64,000 nucleotides of DNA from Methanobacteriota archaeon (GCA_020697715.1 JAEHCO010000004.1:64001-128000), one strand, 5' to 3'; shown: positions 40,601 to 51,122, numbered from the stretch's first letter. Notes: generated from the sequence alone by a model not told the origin. Numbers and translations: made by a program.

Positions 40601-40659
40601 TTAATAATTATTCACTGAAAGTTATTAACTTTCTGCAAAATAGTAGTGAATGTTATTAA
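40601..40659. promoter_or_regulatory. Palindromic operator candidate upstream of the ZIP-NikR operon
   Basis: GAAAGTTA-T-TAACTTTC (40617-40633) inside larger arms TTAATAA..ATTCACT / AGTGAAT.TTATTAA. Confidence 0.45.
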
Positions 40660-40759
40660 TTCCATTATAATTATAGAAAATCAAAAGAGCAACACTGCTC
40701 ATCAAATAAGCAGTGTCGCACACGTTTCCAGAGTCCTACATGCCCCAGAATTTATCCTC

Positions 40760-40863
40760 GCGTTTTTTTCTTTTTACTCTCACTGCGCTGGCCAGGCTCA
40801 CAAAAGAAAAAAATGCCGTTAAATAAGAAAACTCGCCTGGCATGCTCGTTCGAGGAGTCTTAT
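40760..40863 (+). mobile_element. Structured mini-element copy D at the infB 3' end
   Basis: Stem GCGTTTTTTTCTTTT/AAAAGAAAAAAATGC; pseudoknot CCAGGC/GCCTGG; flanked by 24-bp repeats 40736-40759 and 40864-40887 (23/24 identical). Confidence 0.75.
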
Positions 40864-42660
40864 CTACATGCCCCAGAATTTATCTTCTTTTCTCTTTATC
40901 GTGCATACCTGTTCCATCACATCCAGCTCATCCGGATTGAGGTCAGAACCTTTCCTCAATTCTTTGCAATGGGATGACAGGATATCAACGTACAGAACAT
41001 CATCCTCATCTATCTGGCGACCGCAAGTTGCACCATCTATCGCTACAGCCACCTCGGCACCAGCTATGGCTTCCTTCAGAGATTCATCCCCATCTCTGAT
41101 GCTCTTGATCTTACCGATAACACGTCCATCCTCTCTCATGAGGCGCTGGCCGATCCTTATCCGGCCAGCAAGTATCCTTACGCCGACTATCGCGGGCTTG
41201 CTCAATCGGAACAGACAATCTGGCAATAGTAGTATCTTGCCAGGATAGACCATGTCCAGACGACTTTCAGCATCCAGCTCTCGTTTTCTAATTTCCAGCC
41301 ATTCATCATATTCCTCTATCAATCGATAAACGATATCAGCCTGGATGAATTTTAGATCGGAATTGAGAAGCTCTTCCTTCGCATCTGGAAGAAGATTGAC
41401 ATTGAAACCGAACATCACACGCTTCAATGGGTCATTCGTAGCTGCGGCCTCTATGATATCCCTTCGGGAAACATCTCCAACCGCGGCCTTCTTTATCGGT
41501 ATGCTGGCATTCTTCGCTTCGTATGCCATAGCCTCCAAGGAGCCAATGGCATCCGCCTTTATCATGATGCCATCCTCCACAGTCTCGATGGCCAGTTGTG
41601 AGCGGAGGCTTATCTCCTCTATCAGATCATCTAAGGTATCCTTGCTCGCAACCCGTAGTGGTCCGCCAGCTATGACCCCTGTGATATCCTGGGCCACTAG
41701 TTTGACACCTGCCGCGGCAGTTACACAATCCTGAGGGTTGAACCTCTCGCGCGGATCACGTATCTCATCCAGTGCCTTTGGCTTCAGGATAGCCTTGGCC
41801 TTGGTGACCATCGGCTTGCCGGATGTACCCAATACAAGAGTGTCGCCCTTTTTGATCTGGCCTTTGTAAAGGATAACATCCATTGTTGGTCCGAGACCTT
41901 TCTCCTCCTTGATCTCCAGTATAGTACCCTCGCCAAGGCCAGTCTCGTCAGTCCATAGCTTTTTCTCAAGGAATCTCTGGGCCAGTCCGACCAACATAAG
42001 CAGGATGTCTGGAACCCCTTCGCCAGTCTTGGCACTCATCGGGATAAGTGCCAGATTTTTGGAGAAGTCCTCGATCTTATCATAACGATCTGCTGAGAAT
42101 CCTTTATCATAAAGATGCCCGACAATGTTATAGAACCTCGTCTCCAGCAGAGCCTTGACATCCTTGTTCTGCTTCTTCAATGAGACAAGGAATGGCTCAT
42201 TCTCATGATTGCGCCATCCAGGCATTAGATCTATCTTATTGAGGGCGATTATGAAAGGTGTTTTCAATTGCTTGAGGATATTTATGGATTCGATGGTCTG
42301 GGGCTTCAGTCCCTCATTGATATCAATGACCAGAACAGCCAGATCGGCCAGTGATCCGCCTCTTGACCTCAATGTTGTGAAAGAATGGTGACCTGGGGTG
42401 TCGATGAAAAGCAAGCCAGGAACACTGAACTTCTTTTCCCCGATAAGTGGCTTGCATATCTTGTACACGACATCTATGGGAACCTCTGTGGCCCCGATAT
42501 GCTGGGTAATGGCTCCAGCCTCTCGCGATACTACAGTGGAACCTCGGATATAATCCAGCAAGCTGGTCTTACCATGATCTACATGACCCAGCACACTGAC
42601 TATGGGCTGGCGGATGATACCGCAGTCTACAATTTCTGCTTCAGATTTGGGCTTTGCCAT
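40864..42660 (-). CDS. infB: Translation initiation factor aIF5B (IF2)
   Basis: RQPIVSVLGHVDHGKT, ITQHIGA, DTPGH, NKID, archaeal C-terminal FWG. Confidence 0.98.
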   Translation of the reverse strand: MAKPKSEAEIVDCGIIRQPIVSVLGHVDHGKTSLLDYIRGSTVVSREAGAITQHIGATEVPIDVVYKICKPLIGEKKFSVPGLLFIDTPGHHSFTTLRSRGGSLADLAVLVIDINEGLKPQTIESINILKQLKTPFIIALNKIDLMPGWRNHENEPFLVSLKKQNKDVKALLETRFYNIVGHLYDKGFSADRYDKIEDFSKNLALIPMSAKTGEGVPDILLMLVGLAQRFLEKKLWTDETGLGEGTILEIKEEKGLGPTMDVILYKGQIKKGDTLVLGTSGKPMVTKAKAILKPKALDEIRDPRERFNPQDCVTAAAGVKLVAQDITGVIAGGPLRVASKDTLDDLIEEISLRSQLAIETVEDGIMIKADAIGSLEAMAYEAKNASIPIKKAAVGDVSRRDIIEAAATNDPLKRVMFGFNVNLLPDAKEELLNSDLKFIQADIVYRLIEEYDEWLEIRKRELDAESRLDMVYPGKILLLPDCLFRLSKPAIVGVRILAGRIRIGQRLMREDGRVIGKIKSIRDGDESLKEAIAGAEVAVAIDGATCGRQIDEDDVLYVDILSSHCKELRKGSDLNPDELDVMEQVCTIKRKEDKFWGM

Positions 42661-42741
42661 TGAACCACCTAATCTAAAATGATATTAAAAGATTTCATAA
42701 GGGAGATAAAGGCAGATAGCGACCTTGTTCACAGAGATTCA

Positions 42742-43107
42742 TTAATGGCAGCCATGTCCAGCGCATGCCTGTCCTGGTGTCATCTCTGTCAATCTGCCAT
42801 CGATGATATTCTGAACAGCATCCTTCACGGTCTCGCCATCCAGCATGAAGACCTTGATACCGCCAGTGTTCAATTTCATGATCGCTCCGCGGCCCATACC
42901 ACCAGTTATCACAATGTCCACATTATGACCTTCCAACTGGCCAATTGGATTGCACGTACCATGCTCATGATGTTGATTTGAATTATCAACAGCTTCAAAT
43001 TTCTCTGTTTCAGTATCATAGAAACCAAAGAAAGGCGCACTTCCAAAGTGAGCATAGACCTTCGATCCCATTCCATCATCATTCATTATCGGCATGCAGA
43101 TTTTCAT
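42742..43107 (-). CDS. NifB/NifX family (FeMo-co biosynthesis domain) protein
   Basis: HFGSAPFF, VDIVITGGMGRGA, GIKVF. Confidence 0.9.
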   Translation of the reverse strand: MKICMPIMNDDGMGSKVYAHFGSAPFFGFYDTETEKFEAVDNSNQHHEHGTCNPIGQLEGHNVDIVITGGMGRGAIMKLNTGGIKVFMLDGETVKDAVQNIIDGRLTEMTPGQACAGHGCH

Positions 43108-43205
43108 TGATACACATCCTAATGTTAACGGCGTTGAGGATACTTGACCAGTATATATAAATCTGCTTAACAATTGTAACTGTCTGTTCTCGTGATCCTG
43201 CCAAT

Positions 43206-43523
43206 TTATGCCTTTATCATGATAAGCGACATCTTGAATCTTGTTATGGATTCAAGCGCATGTGGCTTGTTAGCCGGCATCAGCAACATCTCATCTTTCT
43301 TCACAATGAACTTTTCTCCATCAATAGTGATCTGCACTTCCCCATCGAGTATGTGCGCCAGCGCATCATAAGGCGAAGTGTGCTCGCTCAGCCCTTGCCC
43401 CATGTCGAAAGCAAAGAGGGTGACCATACCCTGATCCTTCTCGACCAGCGTCCTGCTGACTATCGCGCCTTCCTGATACTTCAACATCTTTTCCAAATTC
43501 CAAACTTCTGTATTCTCACCCAT
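43206..43523 (-). CDS. Cupin domain protein
   Basis: LFAFDMGQGLSEHTSP, MPANKPHAL. Confidence 0.9.
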   Translation of the reverse strand: MGENTEVWNLEKMLKYQEGAIVSRTLVEKDQGMVTLFAFDMGQGLSEHTSPYDALAHILDGEVQITIDGEKFIVKKDEMLLMPANKPHALESITRFKMSLIMIKA

Positions 43524-43538
43524 GATTTTTTTCCCTCC

Positions 43539-43772
43539 TTAAATCACTGAAGCCTCATAGCCAGCTTCCTTAACTGTCTCGATGAGAGCCTCATTGGAAA
43601 CTGCTCCTTCCTTCTTCAGTGTCACCACTGCTTTTTTCTCATCAAGGCTGACCTCGGCCTTCTTGACACCAGAAGCCTTTTCCAGGGCTTCTGTGACATG
43701 TTGAACACAATGTCCACATGTCATTCCCTCTACCTTCAATTCAATTACTGGTTTCTTCCCGAACATACCCAT
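43539..43772 (-). CDS. HMA-domain copper chaperone (CopZ-like)
   Basis: VEGMTCGHC...EAGY. Confidence 0.9.
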   Translation of the reverse strand: MGMFGKKPVIELKVEGMTCGHCVQHVTEALEKASGVKKAEVSLDEKKAVVTLKKEGAVSNEALIETVKEAGYEASVI

Positions 43773-43865
43773 ATTCTCACCAAATGAAGATATGCAAGGC
43801 TGTGGTTTAAAGATATTCCCATTTTTGATAAGGAGATGAGGCGGAATTGGATGAGTTTAGATTAT

Positions 43866-45533
43866 CTAGCTCAACCCAACAATATTCCCTGCGTCATCCA
43901 TATCAATGAATTCAGCTGCTGGCTTTCTCGGCAGACCTGGCATCGTCATAATTTCTCCAGCTATCGGAATAACAAAGCCAGCTCCGGCACTTAGGCGAAC
44001 CTGTCTGATGTATAGCTCGAAGCCTTCAGGTGCTCCCAGGAGCTTTTTATTGTCAGAGAAAGAATACTGGGTCTTGGCAACGCATAATGGCAGGTCGCGG
44101 TATCCCATGGCCTCCCATTTTTTGATGTCCTTCTTGGCCTCGGGCGAGAAAACAACTGATTCTGCTCGATAGATCTTCTTGGCCAGGATATTCATTTTTT
44201 CTTTAATACCCATCTCCAGAGGATATGCATAGGCTGGCTTCTTTTCGCCACCTTTGGTCTTTGCCGTAATGGCTTCTGCAAGGGCCAGTCCACCCTCCGA
44301 ACCATCCGCATGAACGCGGGTCGGAACGCATTCCGCCCCCATGGTTTGGCAGAGTTCCACGGCTCTTTTGATCTCAGCATCCGTATCATTGGCGGAGTTC
44401 ACATTAAGACTGACCACTGGCTCATAGCCAAAAGACCTGATATTCTCAATATGACGCTGGAGATTGGGGAAACCTGCTTCGACTGCCTCCACGTTCTCAC
44501 TGGCCAGGTTCTTCTTCTTCACATTGCCATGATATTTGAGCGCCTTGATGGTGGCGACCAGCACAACTCCAGCAACTGGCAAGTCGGAAGTTCTACAGAA
44601 TATATCCATGAATTTTTCACCGCCCAGATCTGAACCGAAGCCCGCCTCTGTGATGTAGTAATCGGCCAGGTTAAGTCCCAGCCTGGCCGCTATCAGTGAC
44701 GACGTGCCGTGGGCGATGTTCGCGAAAGGCCCGCCATGTATCAGAGCGGGGGTATTGTCAATTGTCTGGACAAGGTTCGGACGGATTGCATCGTTCAGCA
44801 GAACCGTCATAGCCCCAGCAGCCTTCATATCGGATGCAAAGCGGGGTGTGCCATCAGTGCTGAGTCCTATCATTATTCCATCGATCCTCGACCTCAGGTC
44901 CTGGTGATCTTCTGCAAGGCAGAGGCAGGCCATCACTTCGCTAGCTGCAGTGATGTCGAAATGATCTTCATCGACCATGCCGCCAGTTTTTCCACCGAGG
45001 CCAACCACAATGTCGCGAAGTGAACGATCGTTCATATCGATCACCCTTGGCCAGGTGATCTTTCGAGAATCAAGATGAAGTTCATTATCGAAATGCATAC
45101 TGTTGTTTATGAGTGCGGAAAGAAGATTGTGGGCTGTTGATATCGCGTGCATATCGCCCGTGAAATGTAAATTGATGTCCTCCATCGGAAGCACCTGGCT
45201 GTACCCACCGCCAGCAGCTCCGCCCTTTATTCCAAACACAGGTCCGAGAGATGGCTGGCGTATTCCGACTATCGTATTGTGACCCAGCTTGTTCATCGCC
45301 ATTGAAAGCCCTATTGCCACCGTGGTCTTTCCCTCTCCAGCCGGGGTCGGGCTCATGGCAGTAACCAATATCATCTTTCCCTTGCGTTTCTTGAGGTCGA
45401 TACCATCTACCATTATCTTGGCCTTATTGTCACCACAATGCAAAATTTGATCACTTGCCAGACCTGCTTTTTCCGCAATTACATTGATAGGTTCTGGCTT
45501 TGCTTCCCTCGCGATCTCGATGTCCGGTTTCAT
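43866..45533 (-). CDS. fhs: Formate--tetrahydrofolate ligase
   Basis: TPAGEGKTT, GIKGGAAGGGY, HGGPFANIAHG, TEAGFG, AKTQYS, TMPGLP. Confidence 0.97.
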   Translation of the reverse strand: MKPDIEIAREAKPEPINVIAEKAGLASDQILHCGDNKAKIMVDGIDLKKRKGKMILVTAMSPTPAGEGKTTVAIGLSMAMNKLGHNTIVGIRQPSLGPVFGIKGGAAGGGYSQVLPMEDINLHFTGDMHAISTAHNLLSALINNSMHFDNELHLDSRKITWPRVIDMNDRSLRDIVVGLGGKTGGMVDEDHFDITAASEVMACLCLAEDHQDLRSRIDGIMIGLSTDGTPRFASDMKAAGAMTVLLNDAIRPNLVQTIDNTPALIHGGPFANIAHGTSSLIAARLGLNLADYYITEAGFGSDLGGEKFMDIFCRTSDLPVAGVVLVATIKALKYHGNVKKKNLASENVEAVEAGFPNLQRHIENIRSFGYEPVVSLNVNSANDTDAEIKRAVELCQTMGAECVPTRVHADGSEGGLALAEAITAKTKGGEKKPAYAYPLEMGIKEKMNILAKKIYRAESVVFSPEAKKDIKKWEAMGYRDLPLCVAKTQYSFSDNKKLLGAPEGFELYIRQVRLSAGAGFVIPIAGEIMTMPGLPRKPAAEFIDMDDAGNIVGLS

Positions 45534-45630
45534 GGTCTGTGTAAAGTGATTTGAATTAATAAGGTTTGAGATAGATCATTTAGATAGGTGTCACATTTAT
45601 AACAAATGAAAGAATTATCCAATTCGTGGT

Positions 45631-47151
45631 GTGGAAATGAAAGAATTGGATGACAAAGGAGGAAATGCTAACATGCTCATCTATGACGTTATTGCAATCG
45701 GATCTGGCTCTTCAATGAACATTATCGGAGCCATGACGAATAAGAACAAGGATCTGAAGGTAGCTCTTATTGAAAAGGACGAGCCAGGTGGTATCTGCCT
45801 GACGCGTGGTTGTATTCCATCCAAGCTTCTGCTCTATCCAGCTGAACTACGCCGAATGGTCGAGAAGGGACCTGAAATGGGCGTGAACATCCAGATCAAG
45901 AGCATGGACTTCGGCAAGGTGATGAAACGGATGCGCGACCACATAGATCCGACAATTGCCAGCATCCGGAAAGGACTGACTGCCAGCCCGAATATTGACT
46001 ATTACACGGATACCGCGGAGTTCATCGCGCCCTACACCCTAAAGGTAGGCGACCAGACCATTCGTTCCAAGCTCATTTTCCTCTGTATCGGCTCGGAGAT
46101 CGGCATTCCCCCAATTGAAGGACTGGATGAGGTTGGATATCTGACCAGTGATAGTGTAATAAAAATGACAAAACTGCCCGACAGTATCACGATAGTCGGC
46201 GGCGGATACATAGCCGCCGAGTACGGTCATTTCTTTTCCGCAATGGGAGCTAAAGTCACCATACTGGGTCGTAATGTGCAGTTCATTCCTCAAGAAGAAC
46301 CCGAGGTAAGCTGGCTTGCCAAGAAGCAGATGTCCGAGCATATGAAGATAATCACAAATCATGAGGTCTTAAAAGCCGAGAAAGGCGGAGGATTTGGCAG
46401 TGGTGGGAAGAAGATACTTGTCGCTAAAAATAGAAAAACTGGCGAACTGATCAAGATCGCCAGCGATGAAATAATAATCGCCACTGGCCGGGTTCCAAAT
46501 ACCGACCTGCTTCATCCGGAGAAAGCAGGTATCGAGCTGGATAAACATGGCTGGGTCAAAGTAAATGAATTCATGGAAACCAACCAGCCAGGCATCTGGG
46601 CCTTCGGGGATGCGACTGGAAAACATCTTTTCAAGCATGTGGCGAATTACGAATCAATAATCGTTTATCGAAATGCCATTTTGAATAAGAGATTCGAGGC
46701 AGATTACCATGCGGTTCCCAGCGCGGTCTTCACTTATCCGGAGATAGCCAGTGTCGGAATGAGGCAGAAGGAAGCGATAGCCAAATACGGCAAGAATATG
46801 ATATCCATCGGCTTCCAGAAGTTCGAAGATACTGCCAAAGGCCAGGCAATGGGCTCCAAAGGTCACTTTGTCAAGGTCATTGTGGAAAACAAGGAAATGA
46901 GAATACTGGGGGCGCATATTATCGGCCCCCATGCTTCAATTCTTATTCAAGAAATTATCAATTTAATGTACACCGAGAGCCAGGATGTTTATCCTATCTA
47001 CGAGGGCATGCATATTCATCCAGCACTTAACGAGGTAGTCGAGCGAGCCTTCGGTGGCATGATGCCAGTGGATCAGTATATGCATATGTTGCAGCACTTC
47101 ATGGGAATTAAACATGAAGAACCTGGCGGGCATCACGGGCACGGGCATTGA
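45631..47151 (+). CDS. Dihydrolipoamide dehydrogenase-like pyridine nucleotide-disulfide oxidoreductase (start may be 45673)
   Basis: GGICLTRGCIPSK, GGGYIAAE, HIHPALNE; His-rich tail. Confidence 0.88.
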   Translation: MEMKELDDKGGNANMLIYDVIAIGSGSSMNIIGAMTNKNKDLKVALIEKDEPGGICLTRGCIPSKLLLYPAELRRMVEKGPEMGVNIQIKSMDFGKVMKRMRDHIDPTIASIRKGLTASPNIDYYTDTAEFIAPYTLKVGDQTIRSKLIFLCIGSEIGIPPIEGLDEVGYLTSDSVIKMTKLPDSITIVGGGYIAAEYGHFFSAMGAKVTILGRNVQFIPQEEPEVSWLAKKQMSEHMKIITNHEVLKAEKGGGFGSGGKKILVAKNRKTGELIKIASDEIIIATGRVPNTDLLHPEKAGIELDKHGWVKVNEFMETNQPGIWAFGDATGKHLFKHVANYESIIVYRNAILNKRFEADYHAVPSAVFTYPEIASVGMRQKEAIAKYGKNMISIGFQKFEDTAKGQAMGSKGHFVKVIVENKEMRILGAHIIGPHASILIQEIINLMYTESQDVYPIYEGMHIHPALNEVVERAFGGMMPVDQYMHMLQHFMGIKHEEPGGHHGHGH

Positions 47152-47200
47152 TCAAGTGTAAGATGGTATCGAATCCTTGTACATATAGAAAGATTGAAAA

Positions 47201-47557
47201 CTACTTATTTTCAAGAATGAAAAGTATGAAGTTATAAAGAATATAAAGCATCAAGAGACACCCCAGCACCGCCATGACCAGTAAGATTGTGTATGAACCG
47301 GTGAAGTACAAGCCTGGTTCGCTTGCCCCCAATGCCATTCCCATATAGAAATAATTCCCGATGAACCAGATCATGAACACAATAAATGCAATAGCCAGTG
47401 ATGATCCAATGATAATGGTTTTATTAGAATATTTAACAGGGATCTCATTGCCACGCCTGAAATTTAGTGCCACCATATTAGGACTTGATCCAATATATCG
47501 ATCTTTCATGTTGGGCTTTGCTCTCATCTTCACCACATTACACAATCGATATCGCAT
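47201..47557 (-). CDS. Small 2-TM hypothetical protein (start uncertain)
   Basis: Two hydrophobic helices. Confidence 0.45.
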   Translation of the reverse strand: MRYRLCNVVKMRAKPNMKDRYIGSSPNMVALNFRRGNEIPVKYSNKTIIIGSSLAIAFIVFMIWFIGNYFYMGMALGASEPGLYFTGSYTILLVMAVLGCLLMLYILYNFILFILENK

Positions 47558-47608
47558 TATTTAGACTTTGTTGTACAGGATTTTGTGAATGGCCTTATTA
47601 TATAATCT

Positions 47609-48148
47609 CTATTTTATATATGTGTGTGAATTTAATAATAAGACATCCGCGAACAGATCCGCCGCATCCTGGAGGAATTTCTCATCCTCCTGAGTGAAGG
47701 GATCAATGAGGTGGGAATCGATATCCAGCTCACCGAGGAACTTATCGCCTTTCATGATGGGAACAACGATCTCGGACTGGACTTTAGGGCTGCATGATAG
47801 ATAATTTGTTACTTCGCACACATTGGGAACAACATATATTTTCTTTGTTTCCGCACTCTGTCCGCATATACCCTCGCCAAATTGGATGTTCACATGCTCG
47901 GTGGGGTCGCCCACATAGGGGCCGAGATAGAGACATCTGTCCTTGTCCGGGCACACGAGATAGAAGCCCACCCAATCATAATATCCGATCTTATTCATGA
48001 TGAGCTGGCATGTATCCTGCATCTTGTCCCTGACATCTTCAGGACTATCGACAATAGCGGCAATATCATCCAGTAGTCTCTTGAAAAGGATACGTTTATC
48101 CTCGGGTTCCATCCTGTGCACTTCTGTATCTGTTCTATTCTCTTTCAT
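47609..48148 (-). CDS. GAF-domain protein, free methionine-R-sulfoxide reductase-like
   Basis: DWVGFY, LGPYVG, GEGICG, SEIVVPI, LDIDS. Confidence 0.88.
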   Translation of the reverse strand: MKENRTDTEVHRMEPEDKRILFKRLLDDIAAIVDSPEDVRDKMQDTCQLIMNKIGYYDWVGFYLVCPDKDRCLYLGPYVGDPTEHVNIQFGEGICGQSAETKKIYVVPNVCEVTNYLSCSPKVQSEIVVPIMKGDKFLGELDIDSHLIDPFTQEDEKFLQDAADLFADVLLLNSHTYIK

Positions 48149-48503
48149 ATTTTTCTCCTCCTTCTGTGATATTATCCCATGTCTCCATCGCCCTTCTAAG
48201 GTGGGGGATGGTTATTGTCCCGCCGACTATCACACCGATAGCCAGTGCCTCCTCCATCTCCTCGGATGACAGGCCTTCCTCATGGCATCTGATGATATGA
48301 TATTTTATGCAGTCATCACATCTCAGAACAAGAGATGCGACCAAACCAAGCATCTCTTTTGTTTTGGCATCGAGCGCACCTTCTTGGTATACCTGATTAT
48401 CAAGGCTGTAGAATCTTTTCAGAGGCTGGCCAGCATATTTCATGACTATCTCATTTAATCGATCTCGCTCCTTGCTGAACTCATCCGCCTTGTCCGAAAC
48501 CAT
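48135..48503 (-). CDS. Carboxymuconolactone decarboxylase / AhpD family protein
   Basis: GALDAKTKEML...RCDDCIKYH. Confidence 0.9.
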   Translation of the reverse strand: MVSDKADEFSKERDRLNEIVMKYAGQPLKRFYSLDNQVYQEGALDAKTKEMLGLVASLVLRCDDCIKYHIIRCHEEGLSSEEMEEALAIGVIVGGTITIPHLRRAMETWDNITEGGEKYERE

Positions 48504-48784
48504 GAATGGTGAAAGGCGTGGGATTTAGAAATAGTTTTGGTATTTTGATGTAATTTGTCAGATTTTTTGATATTCTAAAGATTTTTAAGGCGCATTGAGG
48601 CTATATTTACCATAATTCATCCACAATCCTTTTATACAGTATCTATATTGGAGGCTTTCCTACAGAGGTATATGGATGCGAGAACGAAGTGATTGCATTC
48701 GGAACTTCGAAAGGATTCGAAGTTTCAAATGTGTGAAACAAGTTCACTCATTCGAAATCTCAACATGAAATGGAGAGATTAAAC

Positions 48785-49165
48785 ATGGCATTGTGGCAAG
48801 GACGATCCTCAAGAAAGCAGTCAGGTGGCAAATACAGACCACACAGAAGCAAGAAGAAGCATGAGATATCCACGGAATTTCAGTTCTCAGTAATTGGCGA
48901 TAGGTCATCCAAGAAATACAGAACCCTGGGTGGTAACTCCAAGAACAAGGTCTTGTCTGCTCAGAAGGTGAATGTATTCGACCCAAAGAAGGGAAAGGTC
49001 ACCAGAACCGAGATATTGACTGTGACAGAAAACCATGCCAACCCAAATTACGTTCAGAGGAACATCATCAATAAGGGTGCTGTTATCCAGACAGAATTGG
49101 GAGATGCAAAGATCACTTCAAGAATGGGACAGGACGGCGTTGTCAATGCAGTCCTTATAGAGTAA
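48785..49165 (+). CDS. rps8e: 30S ribosomal protein S8e
   Basis: WQGRSSRKQSGG, RTLGGN, RNIINKGAVI, GQDGVVNAVL. Confidence 0.97.
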   Translation: MALWQGRSSRKQSGGKYRPHRSKKKHEISTEFQFSVIGDRSSKKYRTLGGNSKNKVLSAQKVNVFDPKKGKVTRTEILTVTENHANPNYVQRNIINKGAVIQTELGDAKITSRMGQDGVVNAVLIE

Positions 49166-49175
49166 GGGTGCGGAC

Positions 49176-49466
49176 ATGGTCAGTACCAGGTCAAAGAACA
49201 TAATACTCTGGCCCACATATTTTGATATAAAGAAAAGTAGAGATGAGGGACGCCGAGTTCCTAAAAAACTTGGCGTAGATACCCCATCAATAGAAGATAT
49301 TCATAAAGCAGTTAAGAAGCTTGGCCACAAGGCAAGGATGGAAGCTGATAAATCCCATCCTGGCTCACCCACAGAGCATGAAGGACGGGTGCTTGTGGAA
49401 AAGGAAAAGGACGGCATCAAGAAAACAGAGCTCATACATCTTGTCGCTGCTGAACTGGCTAAATGA
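49176..49466 (+). CDS. srp19: Signal recognition particle protein SRP19
   Basis: ILWPTYFD..KSRDEGRRVPK, GRVLV. Confidence 0.95.
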   Translation: MVSTRSKNIILWPTYFDIKKSRDEGRRVPKKLGVDTPSIEDIHKAVKKLGHKARMEADKSHPGSPTEHEGRVLVEKEKDGIKKTELIHLVAAELAK

Positions 49467-49660
49467 TATCTGAGATTTATTAGTAGTATCTGGCACATAT
49501 AATTGAGATCTTAGAAGATCATTGATCATATTGTATACAATTTCAATTATGAATAACGGATAATATCGTATAAGCCACAGATCATATCATAATTTATGAT
49601 ATTCGCATTAAGTTTATCACTAGGCTCAAAATGAATAAACTATCCAATCATCTGTTTTGA

Positions 49661-49951
49661 TCATCGGTCCTGGGGTGTTTCTACCTCTTCAACCAGCTTC
49701 TTTCCAGATGATACACTGTCAATAGAATGTACGACTGCACCGCAATCCTTTATGACTGAATTTACCTGGTCGAAATCGATCTTTGGTCCATCAATAGTTA
49801 TCTTAATGCTCTCGGTCTCCTGATCCACCTCATCAAGGGCGCAGTTAACACCTGCAATACCCTCGAGCGCGCTCAGGCGACGAGATACTTCTATTATCGA
49901 CGGACTATGTGGTTTCAACACATCCAATACCAAACGTTTTATGTCTGACAA
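49661..49951 (-). CDS. DUF211 family archaeal protein
   Basis: [12 protein letters not shown]...GAVVHSID. Confidence 0.9.
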   Translation of the reverse strand: MSDIKRLVLDVLKPHSPSIIEVSRRLSALEGIAGVNCALDEVDQETESIKITIDGPKIDFDQVNSVIKDCGAVVHSIDSVSSGKKLVEEVETPQDR

Positions 49952-50108
49952 TACTATTCACTCCCGACACAATGGTCGATATTATTCAGATAGTGGAACT
50001 GGTATTTTAAGGTTTTGAAATAATAACAGAGTGACCAAGGGCGATATTTTGATCACATTATAAAAAATTAGGAATGTAAACTATATACCATCAGAGAGTG
50101 ATGATGTA

Positions 50109-51116
50109 TTGATGAAAGAAGATCACAAGCATGATCATGGAGATGACGATCCAAATAACCATGACCATTCTGAGAGTCATGGTCATTCCCACAGTCATAA
50201 CCACAACCATGGAATTGGTGGTAGTGGCAATATTGAGAAAGGGCTGAAGTTCGCAATAGTCCTGACCTTCGTTTTCTTCGTGGTCGAGATAATTGGCGGA
50301 TTCATGTCCAGTTCTCTTTCATTGCTTGGAGATGCTGGGCACATGCTTCGCGATGTTTTCGCGCTAATGCTTTCCCTGGGCGCAGTGGGACTCGCCAGAA
50401 AGCTCCCGTCCAAAACAAAGACCTTTGGCTATCACAGAATAGAGGTCTTCGCGGCCTTTATCAATGGTATATTTCTGATAATCATCAGCTTCTGGATATT
50501 CATCGAGGCCTTTCAGAGATACTTCGACCCAGAGCCCATCGAGAGCGGGATAATGTTCATTGTCGCCGTTATTGGGCTTATCGTCAATATCATCATCGCC
50601 TTCAGCCTACATGGCAGTGATGACCTGAATGTCAGAAGTGCTTTCATTCATGTTCTGACCGATCTTATTTCTTCAGTAGGCGTGATAATCGCCTCGGTCT
50701 GGATATACTTCACTGGCCAGACCATCGTGGACCCCATAGTGGGGTTTGCCATAGCGATCTTCATCCTGGTATCCTCGATAAAGATAATTCGCGAATCCGT
50801 TCATATTCTACTGGAATTCACACCACCTGGTATTGATTTCGATGATGTCGTGAAGGACATCCAGTCCGTCAAAGGAGTTGAGGATGTGAACAATGTTCAT
50901 TTGTGGAGCCTGTGTTCGCATATCAATGTCGTGGACGCGCATGTTCTGACCAATGCCAGTGATCTGCATGAGGTGGAGCAGATCAGTAAAGACATCAAGG
51001 CTAAACTTCAAAAATACAATGTCAAGCACGCGACCCTGGAATTCGAATGCGAGGCATGCGATGAATGCCAGAATGGCTGTGTCATCGATAGTAAAGTAAA
51101 GGTAATGGAACATTAA
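50109..51116 (+). CDS. Cation diffusion facilitator (CzcD/ZitB-like)
   Basis: His-rich N-terminus, DAGHMLRD, TFGYHRIE, AFIHVLTD, HLWSL. Confidence 0.95.
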   Translation: MMKEDHKHDHGDDDPNNHDHSESHGHSHSHNHNHGIGGSGNIEKGLKFAIVLTFVFFVVEIIGGFMSSSLSLLGDAGHMLRDVFALMLSLGAVGLARKLPSKTKTFGYHRIEVFAAFINGIFLIIISFWIFIEAFQRYFDPEPIESGIMFIVAVIGLIVNIIIAFSLHGSDDLNVRSAFIHVLTDLISSVGVIIASVWIYFTGQTIVDPIVGFAIAIFILVSSIKIIRESVHILLEFTPPGIDFDDVVKDIQSVKGVEDVNNVHLWSLCSHINVVDAHVLTNASDLHEVEQISKDIKAKLQKYNVKHATLEFECEACDECQNGCVIDSKVKVMEH

Positions 51117-51122
51117 GGTTCG

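Noticed and set aside
48600-49660. SRP RNA gene near srp19
   Set aside because: No helix 8 GNRA/AGCAG motif or long GC-rich helix seen
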